Shown: positions 59,247 to 64,000 of the stretch, piece after piece
How positions within the stretch are numbered: the first letter of the stretch is position 1
How the letters are laid out: each line of letters opens with the position of its first letter
Assembly (NCBI GenBank): GCA_026397315.1
Contig: JAPLVC010000004.1
Span: 79,666 to 143,665 of the forward strand
Direction of reading: 5' to 3'
DNA from: Candidatus Aenigmatarchaeota archaeon
Lineage (GTDB): Archaea > Aenigmatarchaeota > Aenigmatarchaeia > QMZP01 > QMZT01
DNA: 64,000 nt
Translations under genes and position numbers: made by a program
The notes under the pieces: generated by a model
Databases searched by the model: none
What the model saw: only the letters and a program-made list of their open reading frames with translations
Told to the model about the DNA's origin: nothing

Positions 59247-59276
59247 AGCCTTTTAGGAAAAGGCTTTAGCGAAAAA
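59242..59276. repeat. Dispersed REP-like hairpin repeat, copy 2 (between convergent genes)
   Basis: TAAAGCCTTTT-AGG-AAAAGGCTTTA-GCGAAAAA. Confidence 0.6.
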
Positions 59277-59280
59277 CGGG

Positions 59281-61521
59281 TTAGAATATCTCTTTCTGCG
59301 TCTTCTTCATCATTTCATCGATGTCGCTCTTCATATATCCCTTTCCGAGAAGCATCTTGGTTATCTCTTCAGAGCTGTAGCCGCGGTACATGTAGCCCTT
59401 GATCATCTTCTCCATCTCGAACTCGTTGAAGCTGACGTCCTGCTTCCTCTTTTTGTACGTTTCGGAAACCAGGTAGAAGAAGACGAGTATCGCTACGATA
59501 CTGCCGAAAAGTATGAAAGACGTGTAGTCGCTTCCTCCTTTCCCGCACTCCATCGCTTCCGCAGGCTTCCTGTCGCGCGAGCCGCAGAGATTGATGTCGT
59601 TGCACTCGCGGGTGCGTATGTCCAGCTCGTTGCATTCCGACCAGCCCGAGCAGGCCCACATCGCCTCGCAGGCGCCCGGCGGCTTCGGTCCGGATGCGGC
59701 CGCGCATTTGCCGCAGTCTTCAGGGCAGGCGTTGCACGACTCGTAAATCGAACAGAGCTTGTCGCCGCAGTAACCGGAGAACGAGAGATAAGATAGAAGA
59801 GAATACGTGGTGAAATGCGGGACGGAAAACGTGAGAGTGCGGTTCTCGAAAGCCAGTATCTTGCAGTCGTCGCAGTAATCGCCGTCCCTGGCTATTATCG
59901 GGTTATCCATAGAAACGTTGTAAAACGTCAGGACTGCCGATCTGTTGAGACCGGGAGCGATGGCAGTCTTTATGGTGACGTTGTTTTCGCCGACGTCTAT
60001 GAACTTGTCCAAGTTGACGCCGGCGAGATTTATCTCGTTACTGCGGAATTCTATCATGACTTTGCCAGATACGACCAACACGATTTTGGTGGCATTGGTG
60101 ATGTCAACGACGGAAAGGTCAGTCGTCTGATTGTTCTCGAACTCCGTGTATTTCGGCGGCTGGCAGCCGTATTCGTTTACCTGCACCATGAGTTCCGTGC
60201 CAGGGCACCTGTCTTGAGCGTCTTCGACACCGTCGTTATCGCTGTCCTTTGCCGCGGCCTCGTTGACAATAATGTCCACGGTTTTTTCCTTCTGCAGGAA
60301 GCCGTCGCTTACGGTGAGCGTTGCCGCGAAGCCGCCAGGATTTTTGTAAACGTGCTCGACGGTCGCGTTCGTGCCTGAATACGTTTCACCATCGCCGAAG
60401 TCCCAAGAGTAAATGAGCGTGCCGCCGTCCGGGTCGCTGCTGCCGGCGGCGCTGAATGATATGGATATGCCGGCATAAAACTGCCAGCCCGCTATCGGAT
60501 AACCTATCACAGCGACCGGAGGCCTGTTGATGTCGCCTATAGTTACGGTTATGTTCCTGCTTATGTTGTAGTGACCGTCGGAGACCGTGAATCTTATCGG
60601 GTAATTGCCGCCCTGGTTGAAGGCCGGAATCCAGGAGAACTTACCGCTGGTCTTATCGAAAGTCGCTCCGTAAGGCAGCCCTTGCACATAATACCATATA
60701 GGGTTGCTGTCCGGGTCGCTCGCCCTGACGTAGAACTCGATGAGCACGTTTTCATACGAAGAAAGGTCGGGTATCGGCATTATTTCTGGAGGGCGGTTTG
60801 CTTCGCCGACTGTTATCCTTATCATCTCCTGCGCGACAAGACGCGGGTATCCCTGGTCCATGACGGAGAAAGTCGTCCAGTAGTTGCCCGTCTGGTTGAA
60901 GTTCGGCGTCCAGATAAACACGTCTGTCGACATGTTGAATCTAGCGCCGGGCGGCAGGCCTGAAACAAAAAACGCGATGAAATCGCCGTCAGGGTCGCTT
61001 GCTTCGACTCTGAATTCCAGCGTCTTGTTATCGTCTATTTCCTTGTTGCCTATAGGGGATATGACCGGCGCATTGTTGGTGTAGCATTTGTCGTCGGAAG
61101 CGCACTGGCCCGATTCGCAGCCGCATAAGGAGCACTTATCAATCAGTTTCCCTTCATGACAAAAGAGCGGCTTTTGCGACGAGCATGCTCCATAAGCCGT
61201 GCTGTCGTTACACCTGTAAATTATTTCATGGCAATAGCCGGTCGTGCGGTTGCACTCGTAGCCGGCTGCACAGCCGCACAGCGAACAGTTCGCCATCAGC
61301 GCGCCGCCCGAGCAGAAAAACGGCTTGTTGACAGAGCAACTGTCATATAATGTGCCTTCGTTGCATGAGAGTGTATTTGTGATTGTGTTTTGCGTCGAGT
61401 TGCATTTCGGGTCGTTCGGGACGCATGAGTCCTGAATATTCTGGACGTCGACAGAAATAGCGGCTAACGGCAGAAATATGAGCGTGAACAGAAGCGCAAC
61501 CGCAAGCCATCGGACTCTCAT
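59281..61521 (-). CDS. Surface protein with Cys-rich repeats, two cadherin/He_PIG-like Ig domains, a PKD domain and a C-terminal TM
   Basis: NxAPxI...ASDPDGD...LPxGAxF...FxWxPxFNQ x2; SSDPDG...WDFGDG; CGDKLC; WxCSxWSxC. Confidence 0.85.
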   Translation of the reverse strand: MRVRWLAVALLFTLIFLPLAAISVDVQNIQDSCVPNDPKCNSTQNTITNTLSCNEGTLYDSCSVNKPFFCSGGALMANCSLCGCAAGYECNRTTGYCHEIIYRCNDSTAYGACSSQKPLFCHEGKLIDKCSLCGCESGQCASDDKCYTNNAPVISPIGNKEIDDNKTLEFRVEASDPDGDFIAFFVSGLPPGARFNMSTDVFIWTPNFNQTGNYWTTFSVMDQGYPRLVAQEMIRITVGEANRPPEIMPIPDLSSYENVLIEFYVRASDPDSNPIWYYVQGLPYGATFDKTSGKFSWIPAFNQGGNYPIRFTVSDGHYNISRNITVTIGDINRPPVAVIGYPIAGWQFYAGISISFSAAGSSDPDGGTLIYSWDFGDGETYSGTNATVEHVYKNPGGFAATLTVSDGFLQKEKTVDIIVNEAAAKDSDNDGVEDAQDRCPGTELMVQVNEYGCQPPKYTEFENNQTTDLSVVDITNATKIVLVVSGKVMIEFRSNEINLAGVNLDKFIDVGENNVTIKTAIAPGLNRSAVLTFYNVSMDNPIIARDGDYCDDCKILAFENRTLTFSVPHFTTYSLLSYLSFSGYCGDKLCSIYESCNACPEDCGKCAAASGPKPPGACEAMWACSGWSECNELDIRTRECNDINLCGSRDRKPAEAMECGKGGSDYTSFILFGSIVAILVFFYLVSETYKKRKQDVSFNEFEMEKMIKGYMYRGYSSEEITKMLLGKGYMKSDIDEMMKKTQKEIF

Positions 61522-61565
61522 AGTAATATCTTGTTTTATCTAATTAAAGAAATTGGCCGGCTAAA

Positions 61566-62567
61566 TCAACAAGCAGAACCGAAGCCGAAGTCTCTTCCAA
61601 TCGCGACTAGGTCGAAAATATCAACCTCGCCGTTTTTGTTTATGTCTGCCCTAACATCGAAGCCGCTTTTCAGGCCGAAGTTGGCTCCTACAAGCGCAAG
61701 GTCAATCACGTCGACGCACCTGTTGCCGTCCGCGTCTCCGGAACAAAGCGGGTCCGCGCCGTCGCAGCTTTCATCCACGCTGTTATCGCAAATCTCCGTT
61801 TGCGGCGAAGGACAGCCGCCCCACGCGCCGCCTGCGCAAGTCTCCGAACCCGTGGCGCAGATGCCCTGATGGTTCTGTGAACATAGTCTTGAAAGGCCTT
61901 CATCAACACTGCCATCACAGTCGTTGTCGATATTGTCGCACACCTCTGCCTGGACGCCACCAGCAATGCACCCTCCCCATTTTTTGTCAGAGCCGCATGT
62001 TTGGGTTCCTGAGCAACCGTTCAGCACGCATGCTTTAGAATCAGGCGGAAGGCACGCATAAATCATGGCGCTTCCGTTACGAAAAGAATTGTCGAGCGGC
62101 TGGCTGTTTATGTCAGATATTTTCACGTTCGAAAGGTTCATGTAGCCTTTACCGGGAAATGAAGCGATTGACTTTAGCCTGAACGTGATGTTAGCGAGCA
62201 CACCGTTTCCGTTGACGCTGCCCGTTCCTAACCTCGAGCACGCAAAATTGTTTATCACTCCGGATGTGGTCGTGTTCGGCGCTAAGCAGAAAGTCGCATT
62301 ATGGTTGTTGTTGTTCAAAAACGTGCCTTCCGACATGCTCATGAATTCCAAGACTGTTGAGTTGTAATTCAGGTTGAACTGGAAGCCGTAGACGTTGTTT
62401 ACTCCGCTGATGCTTACGTTCACGGTGAACTGAGACCTGCTGTAAATGCTGTAATTCGCAGATGCAGGCGATATGCTCACAAGAGCGGAGGCATGGCTCG
62501 CCGAACAGAGAAAACAAACGGCCGAAAAAACAGCGCAGAAAACTAGCGGAAAATTTTTACTTTTCAT
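61566..62567 (-). CDS. Secreted cohesin + MopE-like repeats + dockerin protein
   Basis: Start at MKSKNF; FTVNVSISGVNNVYGFQFNLNYN...GVLANITF (cohesin-like); DADGNRCVDVIDL / DINKNGEVDIFDL (dockerin duplication). Confidence 0.82.
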   Translation of the reverse strand: MKSKNFPLVFCAVFSAVCFLCSASHASALVSISPASANYSIYSRSQFTVNVSISGVNNVYGFQFNLNYNSTVLEFMSMSEGTFLNNNNHNATFCLAPNTTTSGVINNFACSRLGTGSVNGNGVLANITFRLKSIASFPGKGYMNLSNVKISDINSQPLDNSFRNGSAMIYACLPPDSKACVLNGCSGTQTCGSDKKWGGCIAGGVQAEVCDNIDNDCDGSVDEGLSRLCSQNHQGICATGSETCAGGAWGGCPSPQTEICDNSVDESCDGADPLCSGDADGNRCVDVIDLALVGANFGLKSGFDVRADINKNGEVDIFDLVAIGRDFGFGSAC

Positions 62568-63391
62568 GAAACATTGACCTCGCCGTTTGAAACGGTCGCC
62601 TGGATCTCCGCTGCCTTGGAGTTCGCCAGTTTCAGGCCGGAAATTTTTATCTGGCTCCTGCCGGAAGCGATGGCCTTGAAGGTTATTTTCTCCAGAACTC
62701 CGCTGCCCTGGACTGCCGTCCTGCCCAGCCTTGTGCATGCTATGTTCTCGACGATGCCGCTGGAAGTTTTGTAATCAACGCAGAAAGTGTTGTCCTGGCC
62801 GTTGTTGTTTAGGAAAGCGCCATGCTCGACATTCTGGAACTGCAGAATCGCCGGGTCGTATTCCACATCGAACTGGAAGCCGAAAAAGTCGGATGCCCCG
62901 GAAACCATGAATTCGAGAGTGAAAGTTTCGCCATTGGCCGCCGACAAGGAAGCGGGGCTCACGCTCACTGTAACAGGCCCGGATGGTATGTCTGGCACAA
63001 CTGGGGTTTCCTTGCAGTCCTGCGGGCATGCTGCAATGCTTTCTCCTGAATCGCATATGCCGTTGCCGCAGAAGCCTGTAGGCAAATGCTCGATGGGCGT
63101 CTGCATGACAACCAAAACATAATAAGCCGTGACGCACAGTACGGCGATTGCTATGGCCGCGCCGGCCATGTAAATCTTCTTATGCGACTTCCCGCCAGCG
63201 CTGTTTTCTTTCGCAGGTTTTACATCCTGCTTCTTGGCGTTCTCCTTTCCGCCTTTTTGAAATTCAGCAATGGCTTCATCGACTTCATTTTCGGTCCATC
63301 CTTTATTCACAAGCGATGCCTTAACCTGTTCCAAATCCTTGCCGGATTTTAAAGCAGAATCAACATAAGATGCGAGGCGCTCGTCAACCAT
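62564..63391 (-). CDS. Membrane-anchored cohesin-domain protein
   Basis: Cytoplasmic N-domain (LVNKGWTENEVDEA), TM, CGNGICDSGE, cohesin-like FGFQFDVEYDP...GVLEKITFKA. Confidence 0.82.
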   Translation of the reverse strand: MVDERLASYVDSALKSGKDLEQVKASLVNKGWTENEVDEAIAEFQKGGKENAKKQDVKPAKENSAGGKSHKKIYMAGAAIAIAVLCVTAYYVLVVMQTPIEHLPTGFCGNGICDSGESIAACPQDCKETPVVPDIPSGPVTVSVSPASLSAANGETFTLEFMVSGASDFFGFQFDVEYDPAILQFQNVEHGAFLNNNGQDNTFCVDYKTSSGIVENIACTRLGRTAVQGSGVLEKITFKAIASGRSQIKISGLKLANSKAAEIQATVSNGEVNVS

Positions 63392-63432
63392 AATAAAGAT
63401 TAGACTCTACCGAAATAAATACTAAGTGAACC

Positions 63433-64000
63433 TCAGGTGAACCTGCTAGCCACGAAAGTCATGTCGAATATGTCTATCTCTCCGTTGTTGTCGGTATCAG
63501 CCCGCAAGTCGAAGCCGCTATTTTTGCCAAAGTTCGTGGAAACAATAATCAAATCAGCCATATCGAATATATTGTCGTCATTCAGGTTCGCTGCAGAACC
63601 ACCAAATGACATCTGCTGCACTATCTCCTCAGGCGAAAGCGCCGTCTTCCATATTCGCACATGATCTATGGTGCCATTGAACCAGTTGGTGGGTGACGTT
63701 CCCCTGTTTAAACCGCCGATGTTTATGTGATGATTATAGCTGGCTACGCCATCTACGTTGCCTGTCCATCCTTTGTCATTGATGCTGCCGCTTGTGCTCG
63801 TGAATGTGGTCGTCTGTTCGATGCCGTCAAGATAAATTTTATTCCTGTCAATGCCGTTGGAAACGAAAGCTACAAAATGCCAGTTGCCGTCGTTCACGGT
63901 CGTGGTGCCGTTTACGTAATTCCAGTTGCCTCCGGCGCCTGCAAAGTTCCACCCCATATCAAGAACGTTGTTTCTTATGCGCCAGACGTAATTGCTCGAC
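63433..64000 (-). CDS. LamG-like + C-terminal dockerin protein, 3' part; starts beyond the window
   Basis: DGNWHFVA...IYLDG...FNGTIDHVRIWKTALS; NLNDDNIFDMADL / DTDNNGEIDIFDM; frame open to the window edge. Confidence 0.82.
   Translation of the reverse strand, partial: SSNYVWRIRNNVLDMGWNFAGAGGNWNYVNGTTTVNDGNWHFVAFVSNGIDRNKIYLDGIEQTTTFTSTSGSINDKGWTGNVDGVASYNHHINIGGLNRGTSPTNWFNGTIDHVRIWKTALSPEEIVQQMSFGGSAANLNDDNIFDMADLIIVSTNFGKNSGFDLRADTDNNGEIDIFDMTFVASRFT

Overview
Archaeal chromosomal window (TBP, archaeal-type LeuRS, intron-containing tRNA-Arg, archaeal pilin, HerA, RPA-like protein). The gene mix (ThyX plus bacterial-type GlyA, many orphans, very large Cys-rich surface proteins) suggests a DPANN-like lineage, but that is inference. 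Housekeeping genes (type II PanK, OPT transporter, glyA, thyX, trxB/trxA, gdhA, tsaC, alkD, tbp, leuS, uppS, ino1 with a CDP-alcohol phosphatidyltransferase, pdxST) are mixed with four unusual loci. (1) A free-standing antisense LAGLIDADG endonuclease at the 3' end of a tetraether synthase (Tes-like) gene appears to have supplied a foreign AT-rich 3' end and left the host's own last 20 codons stranded downstream. (2) A 14-kb surface-protein locus (10.7-24.6 kb) holds two giant membrane-anchored Cys/Asp-repeat stalks, a pilin, and two secreted paralogues that seem to carry half of a beta-sandwich whose other half begins the stalk gene between them. (3) A catalytic-domain-only tyrosine recombinase, a 28-bp dif-like site and a wHTH gene are bracketed by mirror-image repeat/AT-rich blocks next to herA. 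(4) A cohesin-dockerin gene cluster lies at the right end. All calls come from motif reading only; no searches were run.
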